From an uncultured Oscillospiraceae bacterium (GTDB lineage: Bacteria > Bacillota > Clostridia > Oscillospirales > Acutalibacteraceae): 64,000 nt of DNA. The translations under genes were made by a program, and so were the position numbers. A model generated the notes under the pieces. It did no database searches and was not told the origin of the DNA. It was given only the letters and a program-made list of their open reading frames with translations. Location: the NCBI GenBank assembly GCA_900547445.1, contig URGJ01000001.1, positions 53,556 through 117,555 on the forward strand. Reading direction: 5' to 3'. Each line of letters starts with the position of its first letter. Position 1 is the stretch's first letter. This document shows, piece after piece, positions 10,301 to 20,211 of the stretch.

Positions 10301-13118
10301 TCTTAAGCTCCGGGTAAACAAGTATCTCCATGTTTTCCCTTGCGGTTTTCATGTTTTCAAACGCTTTATCGGACAGCTTTGTAATTTCATATGAAGAAAG
10401 CTCATCATAACGGTTTTGAAGGTCGTAGACCTTATCCTTGTCGGATAATTTCAATTTCTTCGGGTTGAGCTCCTTTAATTCCTCATCAAGTTTGTTGATA
10501 TAATCATCACGGTTTTTTACTACAACTTTAGCGCTTTGTTTTTTGCCGTATGCAGTAATAGTAATGTTCTGTGAGCCTACCGAAAGATTATCGTAATCGG
10601 AAAGCATATCCGAAGTGAGAGACTCAACAAACACCGTGCCGTCTGCATCAATGCAGTTGATTTTGTAATCATAAGGATTAATTTCAAAACCTTCATAAAT
10701 TTCAAATGTATTGTCCTTAAGCCCTTCAATTTGAATTCTATCGATATTGAATGGACCTTTCTCCTGAACGGTGAAATTGTCAACCGAGCCGGTAACTTTG
10801 GCTATTTTCATCCCCGCATAACCGCTATACGGAGCGTCCTCTGCGGTATCGTTGTAAATCATAAAGAGAATACCGTCAAGATAAATATATATCGTGCTGT
10901 CCTTACAAATTGCCTTAACCGAAAACAGTGTACCGTTAGACGCGGTCTTAGTACCGCCGAATTTTGCATTGATCTGCCCTGTAGTGACAGAGTTAACCAG
11001 CGTGTTTTGGCCTGAAACGTACTTGTAAAGATTAAGTGAAACAGTGCCGCCCCTTGTAACAAGGCGCAAATCATAATAATTGCTTCCCGTTCTTCGGAAG
11101 AATATACTGACCATTTGACCCGAACGTATCATTTTGGTCATGGTTGTATCAAACGATATATCCGCGGAAACAGAATAGTTTCTCCACTTGTCTGAACCCT
11201 CGGTATTGGCAGACATAGATATTGACGCTTCGCTGTTTGTTCCGTTCCAAGTGGATTTTAAGCGGTTATTTTTAATGGAAAGTTCGGTATTTGCACAACT
11301 TGTAACATTCCAATTAGGGCTTATTCCGTCATCAAAACTATCGTAAAACAGATATTCCGAATAGGTGAAATTAAACGTACTTTTCGCCGCGCCGTAGGTA
11401 ACCGTAACCTTTTGATTTCCTTTTAGAGTATCATCATATCCGGTTATCATTTCTTCCGTTAAACCGACATTTCTGATGCTCGAGTCAATATAAGTTACCG
11501 CAAGATAAAGTTTCGATATATCCAAACTTTTACCGATATAGGACGATACAGGATTGCCGTCTGCAACAGAGTATATTTTTACGGATTTTGCAGCATTTTT
11601 AGAACATTTTTCATTCTTTATTAATTTCAAATTGTCAAAATCCACACTTCCGTTATTTGCGGACACATAGGATTTTGAAGTCATTTTATCCATTTTTGCA
11701 CCGGTATATGAAAATACATTTTTATCGTTTGCAAAGCATAAAATAATATTTTCGGAAACCGTCATTTTCAGATTATAAAATTTTGAAAACTCAAACGACG
11801 TTCCCAATACCGATGAAAGGGATTTTGACATCAGCAACTCATCATCGCGGTAAAGCTGGAAATTACCCGTACTTATAAGTCTGAATTTATAAACCTTACC
11901 GTAACTGTCCGCAAAACAGGATATTTCTGCAAAAGTACTTCTTTTTGTCGCCGTACCGCTTACTTCTGAGTTAATTGAAGCGTCTGCAGAAAAGCTATAG
12001 GTTTCACCGATATTTTTAGTATATTCCGTATTAAGAGTCGACTTTGCAACTAACGGTCCGTTATAACCGGTTGAAGCAACATTTGGTGTTTTTGCAATCA
12101 GTTTGCCGTTAGAAGCCGTCTGACCGTACTTTATTCCGTAATCGTCTTTAATAGTATTATAAAATGTATAATTATCGGTGGAAAAATTCGTAAAATCATC
12201 AGAAAATATGACCGTTTCGCCGGAGGATTTTACAACATTAACCTTAAATGCCGCAGATTTATTTCCGCAGGAAACAGTAATACTTTTTTTGCCCGGCGTT
12301 CTTCCAAAACCTGAAATCTTAAGCCGCGGGTCATCACTGCCCACAGTTTCGGTATTATGAAATGCGTCGGTATAGGAAAGAGTGGCGGTAAAGTCAAGCT
12401 CTCCTAAGACAGATACGGTTTGAGGGGTGTTATTCAATGTCAATGAGGATATTACTTTTTTACCGATTTTTCTTACTGATACATTATCGAATACGCTTTT
12501 AGACCAACTTGTTTTTATTCCGCAAAAGCCGGAATTATATGTATTATCAGAATATGAAATAATCGGTTTTCCATTAATAAAGCAGTTAATCGTTCCCTCA
12601 AAAACGCCCACCGAAAGTTCATAGGATGTGCCTGTTTTAATATTAATATCCGTTAAATCTTCAGATGATTTTTGAACAAGAATTTTAGATATTTTCTCAT
12701 CTCCGCGAAGATAAAGGCGGGCATAGGTTGTGCCGGTTTTGGTAACGCCGATTCCAAACTCATATCCTTTTTTAAACTGCTCATCTGCACAAACAACCAA
12801 AGCGGCAATACTGTTTTGCATTATGCCTGAAGAATCAGCGCCGATATTAACCGTAACATCAGCGGTTATTTGAATTTTTTCTTTTTTACCTACTGCCGAA
12901 ATCACATTGTATTCGCTGCCGCTGATGCAGTAGCTGCCCGATTTTACATTCCCGACATCCGCATTCTTCCAACCGTTGAGCGATGCATTGGAAAAATCAT
13001 CAAAAAATTCTCTTCCATCAGCAAATGCGGGAATGGTTCCGCAATCAAAGACATTCACGGAAATCATTAAAAAGGCTAATAAAAGAGCAATCAGTCTTGA
13101 TGCCTTAATAATCTTCAT
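7335..13118 (-). CDS. Giant (1927 aa) cell-surface multidomain glycoside hydrolase: signal peptide, multiple LamG/DUF1080-like and Ig-like domains, BNR/sialidase-like catalytic domain, C-terminal TM anchor
   Basis: Signal peptide MKIIKASRLIALLLAFLMISVNVF...AFA. Asp-boxes FYSDDGGVTW, SKDGGVTWEG, STDGKNWT. C-terminal hydrophobic helix FLDYFVLILLLAIITEAVFLAVV followed by KKKTKYF. Paralogous to the 5081..7342 gene. Confidence 0.6.
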   Translation of the reverse strand: MKIIKASRLIALLLAFLMISVNVFDCGTIPAFADGREFFDDFSNASLNGWKNADVGNVKSGSYCISGSEYNVISAVGKKEKIQITADVTVNIGADSSGIMQNSIAALVVCADEQFKKGYEFGIGVTKTGTTYARLYLRGDEKISKILVQKSSEDLTDINIKTGTSYELSVGVFEGTINCFINGKPIISYSDNTYNSGFCGIKTSWSKSVFDNVSVRKIGKKVISSLTLNNTPQTVSVLGELDFTATLSYTDAFHNTETVGSDDPRLKISGFGRTPGKKSITVSCGNKSAAFKVNVVKSSGETVIFSDDFTNFSTDNYTFYNTIKDDYGIKYGQTASNGKLIAKTPNVASTGYNGPLVAKSTLNTEYTKNIGETYSFSADASINSEVSGTATKRSTFAEISCFADSYGKVYKFRLISTGNFQLYRDDELLMSKSLSSVLGTSFEFSKFYNLKMTVSENIILCFANDKNVFSYTGAKMDKMTSKSYVSANNGSVDFDNLKLIKNEKCSKNAAKSVKIYSVADGNPVSSYIGKSLDISKLYLAVTYIDSSIRNVGLTEEMITGYDDTLKGNQKVTVTYGAAKSTFNFTYSEYLFYDSFDDGISPNWNVTSCANTELSIKNNRLKSTWNGTNSEASISMSANTEGSDKWRNYSVSADISFDTTMTKMIRSGQMVSIFFRRTGSNYYDLRLVTRGGTVSLNLYKYVSGQNTLVNSVTTGQINAKFGGTKTASNGTLFSVKAICKDSTIYIYLDGILFMIYNDTAEDAPYSGYAGMKIAKVTGSVDNFTVQEKGPFNIDRIQIEGLKDNTFEIYEGFEINPYDYKINCIDADGTVFVESLTSDMLSDYDNLSVGSQNITITAYGKKQSAKVVVKNRDDYINKLDEELKELNPKKLKLSDKDKVYDLQNRYDELSSYEITKLSDKAFENMKTARENMEILVYPELKNSKIIYSNDFNDSKKFDESEWFDGVEKGRGEWKVINGAYRVEQERYNISSTSLRIVKPIYAKLDSVSARMMMLSEAMYMGFAFNIGDDGYYIARVKMDAFDDKGKVNPILQFIKDDVRVFNEPLSGYGLDIKENEWFTMNVTFIDNMIKVYVNDKLVISFDDSESSNYYTEGRTGIRLHNGNAKFDNFVMRGTVLEEPATKATVTPTKYEDDFEDEKVNSDPSHFVEEDDKNNWQIYSSANNKYYGTKYTADYTYTWLHVFESDPKITLDFMTDKKGSDGKFGFFIRMSPETAYLQIGYDCSKKQWFAVDTKNERDCDVNTVYSEKTSEIEPNKWYKLSIAASGTDVTVKLDGKEVLTLKKVSQTTYGRVGAFADGTSLYFDNIKCEFPNGGEVQDGILEYTVRKGVYTGTAEVESLDGDKVILAGYNYVGLSKDNGKSFEELSEEDPYYEAFCGYEGYNSCMQLHDGSYIFTRKNDFIIRKSKDYGKTWEEVGRIFAPEEMLDDLDRAYHSIHINSFTEYQLKDGTWRIFLCVIDNLYKSTLTTSSSSHYTRVFYSDDGGVTWKESECDSRDVSTTWNPDDVTSADWAECKIVQCDDGTLRMYLSRDSYGCLQYTVSKDGGVTWEGQYQIPEMQCAKASFNVIEDPSDRGTYYLIWVNNNPVIKGSNFSRSRLSLARSTDGKNWTFLCDIERMAEEVYGNDMDSTTPLFQCIDPCIEVTDKYVFVTFGRSDGTDPTKITGSSTNYHQGLRLRVVRIEKEKLQDTEWNNYSISDMLFPKSIEVTKPIKVRYGVGEIFGFSGGIATVTALDGSKKEIDTGRLRLVEEPDLFTLGKQTVTLFDSHCIKTSYEIEVVPKYNINWTVLGNGEVEPQDTGILEGDTLSVKLKPKNIFVKVKSVRINGKTEFAFFGKIIRENVKEDLDIEVIFTARGFLDYFVLILLLAIITEAVFLAVVSAKKKTKYFAPLKKQLEFLKSLFLKLFKRSKKNG

Positions 13119-13165
13119 AAAGTCAGTCCTCCAAAAAGTTTTCGGCAGCAGCCATCTTTAAAAAA

Positions 13166-14797
13166 TTATTTTGTTGCCTCTTCAAGATTTTTAAGATATG
13201 CGTCGTAACCGTTTTGCATAATCTTGATCATATCATCAACCTTAAGGTTCTTTAGGGTTGATAAATATTCGTCCCATTCCTTATCAATGTCACTTTTGCC
13301 CGTAATCCATTTTGCGCGGTAGGTTGTAACCTGATAGAAAATATCGGTAGTTAATTTATAAATTGTGTTCGCGTCTTCTTTTGAAAAATAAGGTCTTGGC
13401 CAAATTTCCTTTTCTGCCCACTTTTTGTAAGTATCATAAGCAGTAGCCTGATCTTTCAGCGAAGAATCCTTAATCTTATTTTGATAATCTTCCAAAGTCA
13501 GCGCGTGCGGGAATCTATCAACAAGGTCCAAAAGGGTCGGATGCTCTTTATCAATCTTATTCAGCTGTTCGGTAGTCAAATCGTCTCTAATAGTATAGAC
13601 GCCGTTTTCAACCGTATATCTGCCGTCGCTCTCAGAGCCGTATTCAACCTCAAAAGCATTTTCAAAATTATAGAAATAGTCCATCCATTTCAGAAGGATT
13701 GCTGTATACTTGCATTTGTTAGTTACATAGAAACGGTCTTTCGACGCAACAATTGATGGGTTGTTATACCAGGCCTGTTCATACCCCTCAACCTTTGGCG
13801 GATCAATACAAATATAATCATCATGATAACTTGAAAGCGGAACAGTGTTTGACGTAAAGCAGCCTACAAGACAGGGGTCCGCGGTAAGTTTTGAAAGACC
13901 TGTTGAGGAGCTTGCAGTAAAGCATTCGTTCCACATAAGTCCCTCATCAAACAACATTGCCTGATATTTAACAGCCTCTTTATATTCATCAAGTATCGGG
14001 CCGAAACGGACTTTTCCGTTTACAACCTGACAGAAGCCGTCTAAGTTGCCGTTCTTAAACGCCATTCCCCAACAACCGTACAATGCTTCAAGGCTATAGA
14101 ATTCACGGTTTACGGAAACCAGATACGGAATTTCATCCTGAATGCCGTTTCCGTTCGGATCGTTATCGCGAAAGGCGCGAAGCACATTTGTAAATTCATC
14201 AATAGTTTTAGGTGCGGACAGACCTAACTTGGAAAGCCATTTGCCGTTCATCCAAATCGGGCTTTCGATGGAGTTTCCGGGGAAACTGTAAATATAAGGA
14301 AGTGTATAAATTTTGCCGTCTGCACCTGAAATCATACCGATAATTTCAGGTTTTTCTTTCAATTTTTGAGAAACATTGGGCATATATTCCTCATTTACAA
14401 AAGGAGTCAAATCCTTGAAAATACCTGATGCGATATATCTTGAAGCGGAAATATAGTTCAGCACAGGTCCTCCGACGATAGCGTCACCGTAGTTACCGCT
14501 GTTAATGAGTAATGTGAGTTTTTCCGAAGGTTCTGTGCCCAAAAACTGAAACTCTACATTAACATTGGTTTCTTTTTTCATTCTTTTCCACAAACCGTTG
14601 TTTTCAATTTGTGATTTAAAAGAGCTATCCTCTGTGCCCATAACCATAAGCTTTAATGTAACAGATTCTTTAAGCGGGAATGTCACATCGACATTTGCCT
14701 CTCCGGCAGAGCCGCCGGAACCCCCGCAGCCGACGGTGCAGAACGCGATGCCGAGTACCAAAAAGGCGCTTACCAACAAACTGATGACTTTTTTCAT
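13166..14797 (-). CDS. ABC transporter extracellular solute-binding lipoprotein (carbohydrate family 1)
   Basis: Lipoprotein signal MKKVISLLVSAFLVLGIAFCTVGC-GGSGGS with a lipobox. 543-aa SBP size. Immediately downstream of two sugar-ABC permeases. Confidence 0.8.
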   Translation of the reverse strand: MKKVISLLVSAFLVLGIAFCTVGCGGSGGSAGEANVDVTFPLKESVTLKLMVMGTEDSSFKSQIENNGLWKRMKKETNVNVEFQFLGTEPSEKLTLLINSGNYGDAIVGGPVLNYISASRYIASGIFKDLTPFVNEEYMPNVSQKLKEKPEIIGMISGADGKIYTLPYIYSFPGNSIESPIWMNGKWLSKLGLSAPKTIDEFTNVLRAFRDNDPNGNGIQDEIPYLVSVNREFYSLEALYGCWGMAFKNGNLDGFCQVVNGKVRFGPILDEYKEAVKYQAMLFDEGLMWNECFTASSSTGLSKLTADPCLVGCFTSNTVPLSSYHDDYICIDPPKVEGYEQAWYNNPSIVASKDRFYVTNKCKYTAILLKWMDYFYNFENAFEVEYGSESDGRYTVENGVYTIRDDLTTEQLNKIDKEHPTLLDLVDRFPHALTLEDYQNKIKDSSLKDQATAYDTYKKWAEKEIWPRPYFSKEDANTIYKLTTDIFYQVTTYRAKWITGKSDIDKEWDEYLSTLKNLKVDDMIKIMQNGYDAYLKNLEEATK

Positions 14798-14809
14798 TGT
14801 ATTTCCTCC

Positions 14810-15691
14810 TTATTCTTTTACCGCGCCAATCATCACGCCGGTATTAAAATACTTTTGAATAAACGGATAAATAAGACAAAACGGCAACGCTGTAATTACT
14901 ACGATACTGTATTTCAGCAATTCTTTTGTCTTTTCCGCCTGTATCGCCTCACTCATTGAAGCAGCATTTGAAAGAGAAGCGGTAAGCTTTGCGGTAATTT
15001 GCTGAACGATTACCTGCAAAGATTGCAAATCGGGGTTATCGATATAAATTAGGAACCTTGCGTAATTATTCCACCAAGCAAGTCCGCTGAACAGGGCAAT
15101 AACAGCTATCATTGCCGAAGATAGAGGAACTGCAAACTGATAAAAAAATCTGAAATCGGAAGCACCGTCGATTCTGGCTGCTTCGTAAAGTGCTTCGGGA
15201 AGTTCCTGAAATGCACTTCTTGCCAAAATTAAATAATATGCAACAAATAAGCTCGGCACCAAAAGCACCCAAATTGTATCAATCCAGCCAATGGAACGGT
15301 GCAATAAGTATGTAGGAATCATACCGCCGCTGAAATACATTGAAAACACAATTAAGAAGTTAAAAACTTTTCTTCCAACCAACGCTTTCCTTGAGAGAGC
15401 GAATGCAGCGGGTAATATGCCGAAAAGGGCAACTGCCGTACACGCAACCATATAGAACAAGGAGTTTCGGTATCCGATCCATATTTCCGGATAGTTTTTA
15501 AGCATCTCGTAAGCTTTAAAAGAAATATTCTTCGGAATAATAAAAATCTTTCCGGCTGAAATAAGCATGGGGTCGCTTATTGAAGCAATTAAAACAAACC
15601 AAATTGGGTAAAGCGCGACAATTCCGGCAATAATTAAGAAAATATTTATTATTATATTAGTAGCAACATCCTGTTTAATCTTTTTCTTCAT
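14810..15691 (-). CDS. Carbohydrate ABC transporter permease (MalG-like)
   Basis: Polytopic membrane protein with the EAA loop motif EAARIDGAS. Confidence 0.85.
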   Translation of the reverse strand: MKKKIKQDVATNIIINIFLIIAGIVALYPIWFVLIASISDPMLISAGKIFIIPKNISFKAYEMLKNYPEIWIGYRNSLFYMVACTAVALFGILPAAFALSRKALVGRKVFNFLIVFSMYFSGGMIPTYLLHRSIGWIDTIWVLLVPSLFVAYYLILARSAFQELPEALYEAARIDGASDFRFFYQFAVPLSSAMIAVIALFSGLAWWNNYARFLIYIDNPDLQSLQVIVQQITAKLTASLSNAASMSEAIQAEKTKELLKYSIVVITALPFCLIYPFIQKYFNTGVMIGAVKE

Positions 15692-15705
15692 ATCTACGCC
15701 CCCTA

Positions 15706-16641
15706 TCAGAACAACGAAATGTCGGCAACTTTTTTTGAAATCTTGTTCGATGCGATAATAAGTATCAAACCGATAATATTATTAAACAGCGAAACGGCGG
15801 CCGAAAAGCTGTAATCTGCGCCTAAAATACCCATTTTATAAACATAGGTGCCGATGATTTCCGACGCTGCAAGGTTAAGGTCATTTTGCATAAGCAAAAC
15901 TTTTTCATAACCGACGGACAATATCTTGCCCATATTCATAATAAGAAGTAAAACTATTGTTGGTTTTATCGTAGGAATATCGATGTACCACATTCTCTGC
16001 AGCTTACTGGCGCCGTCTATCGTTGCGGCCTCAAGCAGCTGAACATCAACAGAGGTAAGTGCCGCAATATATATTACTGCGCTCGACCCGAGTCCCTGCC
16101 AAATGCCGCTGATAAAATACATTACGTAAAACCACTTAGGTTCTCCCATGAAAAATACAGGCTCAAATCCCATGTTTTTAAGAACAATGTTAATCATACC
16201 CGTTTCCCTGTTGCAGAAAAGCTCAATAAGCGTTACAACGACAACCATCGACAGCAAATGAGGCAGGTATGTCGCAGTCTGGGAAAATTTTCTGACCGCT
16301 CTGCTTGATGAATTATGTATTAACAATGCGAATATTATCGGCAGCGGCCACAACAAAAAATGTTGAACAAAGGAAATAAATATAGTGTTTTTAAAAACCG
16401 TTGTAAAAAGATTCGACTGAAACAACCGCCGAAAATTAGCAAGACCCACCCAAGTGCCGCCGAAAAGAGATTCTCCGACCGACAGTTCCTTAAAAGCGAT
16501 AATCACACCGTACATCGGAATATAATGAAATACAATCATCGCTAACATTGCAGGAGCTAACATAGCATATAGCTGCCATTGCGATAATATTCTCTTTATA
16601 AGCGGTTTTTTACGGCCTAAACCTGAAGAACTACTTGCCAT
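15706..16641 (-). CDS. Carbohydrate ABC transporter permease (MalF-like)
   Basis: Polytopic membrane protein with the EAA motif EAATIDGAS. Confidence 0.85.
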   Translation of the reverse strand: MASSSSGLGRKKPLIKRILSQWQLYAMLAPAMLAMIVFHYIPMYGVIIAFKELSVGESLFGGTWVGLANFRRLFQSNLFTTVFKNTIFISFVQHFLLWPLPIIFALLIHNSSSRAVRKFSQTATYLPHLLSMVVVVTLIELFCNRETGMINIVLKNMGFEPVFFMGEPKWFYVMYFISGIWQGLGSSAVIYIAALTSVDVQLLEAATIDGASKLQRMWYIDIPTIKPTIVLLLIMNMGKILSVGYEKVLLMQNDLNLAASEIIGTYVYKMGILGADYSFSAAVSLFNNIIGLILIIASNKISKKVADISLF

Positions 16642-16653
16642 ATTATTAACTCC

Positions 16654-18069
16654 TTATAAATCAACTATTGCGTTTTGATTTCTCAGTCTTTCACGCAATT
16701 TACAAACATCAATACGCTTAAAATCAAGATGATCTTTTACAGCAAAATAAGCCGCAGTACCTGCCGCTTCGCCTACCGCCATACAGGTCGACATAATTCT
16801 TACAGGACCTAACGCCTGACCGTCTGCGGCAATACATCTGCCTGCAGCCAATATATTCTTTGAGTCCTTCGGTATCAATGCCCCGAATGGAATCCCCGCT
16901 GCCCCGAAGGGCAAACTTTTGTCGGCAAAAGGCTGCTTTAGATTTCCGCTGTTTGTACGGCTTAAATCAAAATGCCTGCCGGCAAGAGCGATAGTATCGT
17001 TCGGTTTTTCATTGCTTAAGATCAAATCTTCAGTTAAGGTTTTTTCTCCGACAATTCTGCGGGTCTCCCTAATACCGGGATAATAAGCCGTAAGCCTTAT
17101 TTTACAGTTTTCCGCACCGGGAATATACTTCTTAAAAAGAATATCATTCAATGCTTTTGCCCTTTTTCTGCCCCAAAGAGTTAATTCTGTTCTGTCAAAC
17201 CCGGAGGTGCCGTCAAAACCTCTTTTGCTTGTACCGCCGTTCACCATAAATACTCCCTTATCTGTCATCGGGAAAATGATAAGTCTTTCGGGTAAATCGG
17301 CATCGGGATTTTCTGCTATCGCTTTTTTGCAAATATCCTTAAACCACGGATCTCCGCCGTTACTAAGGTAATCGGCAATTTTTGAAGAATCGATATTTTC
17401 AATATGGGCTACAAGACCTGCGTGGGTCATTTCTCCCGTGCTTTTATCGCCTTTATACGTTTCAAAACCTGCGTCGTAAACCATATCCGCATCGCCGGTA
17501 CAGTCTATTAATACTTTACACGGAAAATATGTAATGCCGCTTTTATTGCTGACATAAACTCCTTTGACAGAGCTTTTTTCCATCTCAACGCCAACAGCTT
17601 GAGAATAATAAAGAACATTCAGTCCCGACTCAACCGCCATTTCATCTAAAACTCTTTTTCCTATTTCAATATCAAATGTAAATTCATCATGACAACCAAA
17701 ACGGTCAAGAGCGGGATACCTGTCGGCTTGGGCAACCTTACAGGGTCCGACGCCACCGCCCTGTGCTTTGATGCGCTCTGTCATTTCCTTAAAAATTCCG
17801 CCTACAGCTTCTTTTGTGCGATTTAATTTTGAATAGGGGATATTTTGTTCAAGCATTTTTTTATAAGGTATCGAACCACCTACTGCACCGAGGTAAAACG
17901 GTAATGCGCCTGCGGTAGAAACGCCGCCCAAGCAGCAGTTGGATTCAACAAGAAGCGTCTTCATACCATTTCTTGCGGCGGCAATGCCGGCACCGATTCC
18001 GGCAGGTCCCCCGCCGGCTACAATAACATCAAAGTCTTCGCCGGATATAGCTACTCTGGAAAAAATCAT
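16654..18069 (-). CDS. FAD-dependent oxidoreductase (PF12831-like)
   Basis: N-terminal dinucleotide-binding motif DVIVAGGGPAGIGAGIAAARNG. C-terminal CMAVGEAAGTAA block typical of this family. Confidence 0.7.
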   Translation of the reverse strand: MIFSRVAISGEDFDVIVAGGGPAGIGAGIAAARNGMKTLLVESNCCLGGVSTAGALPFYLGAVGGSIPYKKMLEQNIPYSKLNRTKEAVGGIFKEMTERIKAQGGGVGPCKVAQADRYPALDRFGCHDEFTFDIEIGKRVLDEMAVESGLNVLYYSQAVGVEMEKSSVKGVYVSNKSGITYFPCKVLIDCTGDADMVYDAGFETYKGDKSTGEMTHAGLVAHIENIDSSKIADYLSNGGDPWFKDICKKAIAENPDADLPERLIIFPMTDKGVFMVNGGTSKRGFDGTSGFDRTELTLWGRKRAKALNDILFKKYIPGAENCKIRLTAYYPGIRETRRIVGEKTLTEDLILSNEKPNDTIALAGRHFDLSRTNSGNLKQPFADKSLPFGAAGIPFGALIPKDSKNILAAGRCIAADGQALGPVRIMSTCMAVGEAAGTAAYFAVKDHLDFKRIDVCKLRERLRNQNAIVDL

Positions 18070-18081
18070 TTGCTGTTCTCC

Positions 18082-19947
18082 TTAAAGTTTTAAAATATTA
18101 ACTGCTCCGCTGTTATCTTCCGCCTCGGACTTTTTGAGCGTTATTTCAATCTCACCGATCTTATCAATAGACGCTTTAATTCTCATGCCTTCTTTAACTT
18201 TGTCCTTTGGAATAACAATTCTGTCAGCAATACAACTAAGTGTAATAACATCTCCTGGGAAAAATGTAATATAACTTGTCATAAATGAAAGAGCCATATC
18301 GATATCAGCATAATATTCACTTATATTGCCTGTTGCTTTTCCGATACCTTCAACTTCAAGGTTCATAGCAAGATTGGAAACTTCATTCCATTTGGCAGGC
18401 ACAGGTTTATCCATAACTGTATTAAAACCGTCTGCCCATCTGCCGTAAACCAAGGGCAAGCCTTTTTCCTGAAGGGTTGTCGGCTCTAATAAAATGTCAT
18501 CAAAAGAGCTGTCGGTAATTGAGATAAGCGGTGTATAACCAAGCACATAATCATCTGCCGTACCCTTTTTTACCTGACCGGCTATCTTTTTGAGAACAAC
18601 GCCTAATTCGACCGAAATTTCAAGGTTATTGGCTCTGGGCGGCACTTCAATCTCATTACCCGAAACACCCAAAGCGGAATTCGGGGCACATAAGAATCTC
18701 GGCGTATCCAGCAGATGAATGCCCTCTAATTCGCCGACGCTCTTATAGTTTTTAAAGATCGTCCAAAAATGCCGTACCTTATCAACCGACCAATCACCGA
18801 GCGTAATCTCAGCTTTGCCGCTTTTAATTACATCTCTGACAGCCGAAGAAATATGAATTGTCTTACTTTCATCGTCATCTTCACGCCAATCGCCGAAATT
18901 CATATTTAAAACCGGACTTTTTACAGTTCCGATTTTTTCGATTTCGCTGTCTATCGTGCAATCTCTGCCATTATATTCAGAGCCCTTTGAAAGTCGAAGA
19001 CCGTCGGTACCGACGGTACCCATATGTATAATATCGCCCGGATATAAAGTAGCAAATGAAGAGTACCACTGAATGGTCCTCTCAACGCCTAAAAGCATTG
19101 CGGCGGTTGAAGCGCGGTCGCGAAGCATATCGTTCATTTTGGTATAAACGAGCAAATCGTAAACATTTCCTATTTCATCCTTTGTAACCAGCCAAGGACC
19201 GACTGTGCAATGCGCGTCTGCCATTTTACCGCCCCAGGAACAGGTTGCACCGACATACCAGTCATGTTTCGCAGCAATATCATAGTTTCCGAGATTTTCC
19301 TTATCCATTAAGCTATGATAGCCATTAATCTGAGAATCAATTACAACGGTATATCCCGCAACATATTCGAGCGCCTTGTTTACAGGGATATACCTGCCCT
19401 TCTTACCGATAATAACACCCAGTTCAACATTCCAACCAAATTCACCGGCGCCAATCGGGTGATAAAATATTTGCCCGTGACCTGACAATGCGCCGCAAGG
19501 GCGTTGATGTCCCTGAGGAAAAAGATTAGTGCTGTGTCTTGCCGGATTACTTCTTATAAATGTCGGACAGTTTTGAACCAGTCCCCACATCAGACGCGGT
19601 TGCGGAATCGGTGCCTTTAACTGAACATCGTCCAAAGGATGTCCTGCATAAATCATACGGGCGTTATCACTTTGTTCGATAAACCGAACCAAAAAGGTTT
19701 CTAACTTTTTCAGCACATCCATTCCTTTATCTTCTAATTTTAAAAATTCACAAAGGGTTTCAGGCCAAATGCAGTCCGGCATAAACTTTGGCATACTGAC
19801 AGAATAGCCGCTTGTCATGCTTGCGCTTAATTGCAATTCCTTGTCGACCTTTGCCGGCTCATAAACCCACAGTCTGCCATCAAAGGGATTGTTTATTACA
19901 AAACCCCAAGACTCTTTGCCCTCAAACTCAAATGTTACTAATCTCAT
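18082..19947 (-). CDS. Tandem-domain fumarylacetoacetate hydrolase (FAH) family protein (621 aa)
   Basis: FAH-like N-terminus MRLVTFEFEGKESWGFV. Two metal-binding loop-like segments, LYPGDIIHMGTVGT and FFPGDVITLSCIAD, imply two FAH folds in one chain. First gene of the operon. Confidence 0.65.
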   Translation of the reverse strand: MRLVTFEFEGKESWGFVINNPFDGRLWVYEPAKVDKELQLSASMTSGYSVSMPKFMPDCIWPETLCEFLKLEDKGMDVLKKLETFLVRFIEQSDNARMIYAGHPLDDVQLKAPIPQPRLMWGLVQNCPTFIRSNPARHSTNLFPQGHQRPCGALSGHGQIFYHPIGAGEFGWNVELGVIIGKKGRYIPVNKALEYVAGYTVVIDSQINGYHSLMDKENLGNYDIAAKHDWYVGATCSWGGKMADAHCTVGPWLVTKDEIGNVYDLLVYTKMNDMLRDRASTAAMLLGVERTIQWYSSFATLYPGDIIHMGTVGTDGLRLSKGSEYNGRDCTIDSEIEKIGTVKSPVLNMNFGDWREDDDESKTIHISSAVRDVIKSGKAEITLGDWSVDKVRHFWTIFKNYKSVGELEGIHLLDTPRFLCAPNSALGVSGNEIEVPPRANNLEISVELGVVLKKIAGQVKKGTADDYVLGYTPLISITDSSFDDILLEPTTLQEKGLPLVYGRWADGFNTVMDKPVPAKWNEVSNLAMNLEVEGIGKATGNISEYYADIDMALSFMTSYITFFPGDVITLSCIADRIVIPKDKVKEGMRIKASIDKIGEIEITLKKSEAEDNSGAVNILKL

Positions 19948-19989
19948 TACTCAAAACTCCCAAAAATATTATAAATAAAAAACAATTTA

Positions 19990-20018
19990 TTGCAAAAATT
20001 TAGAAAATGATGTAAAAT
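19990..20018 (+). promoter_or_regulatory. Candidate sigma-70 promoter in the divergent intergenic region between the FAH operon and araC
   Basis: TTGCAA (19990-19995), 17-nt spacer ending in TG, then TAAAAT (20013-20018). Flanking direct repeats ttattgcaaaaat / tatttgcaaataaat could be AraC operators. Confidence 0.3.
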
Positions 20019-20211
20019 ATTATTTGCAAATAAATATGCTTTATAATTTGTGAATTTGATAATTCTTTGCCTTAAACGGAGAAATATATGTGTAATGTTT
20101 ACAACTTATATCAATTATAATACATTACCAATATCCAATTATCAATATTTACAGTTGCTCAAAAAATATTCTGTTATTGCTTTTAATAAATATATATGCA
20201 GGAGGATTGAA

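Noticed and set aside
20050-20211. N-terminal extension of the AraC ORF in the track
   Set aside because: No RBS at 20050, whereas AGGAGG precedes the ATG at 20212. The extension crosses a promoter-like AT-rich region.
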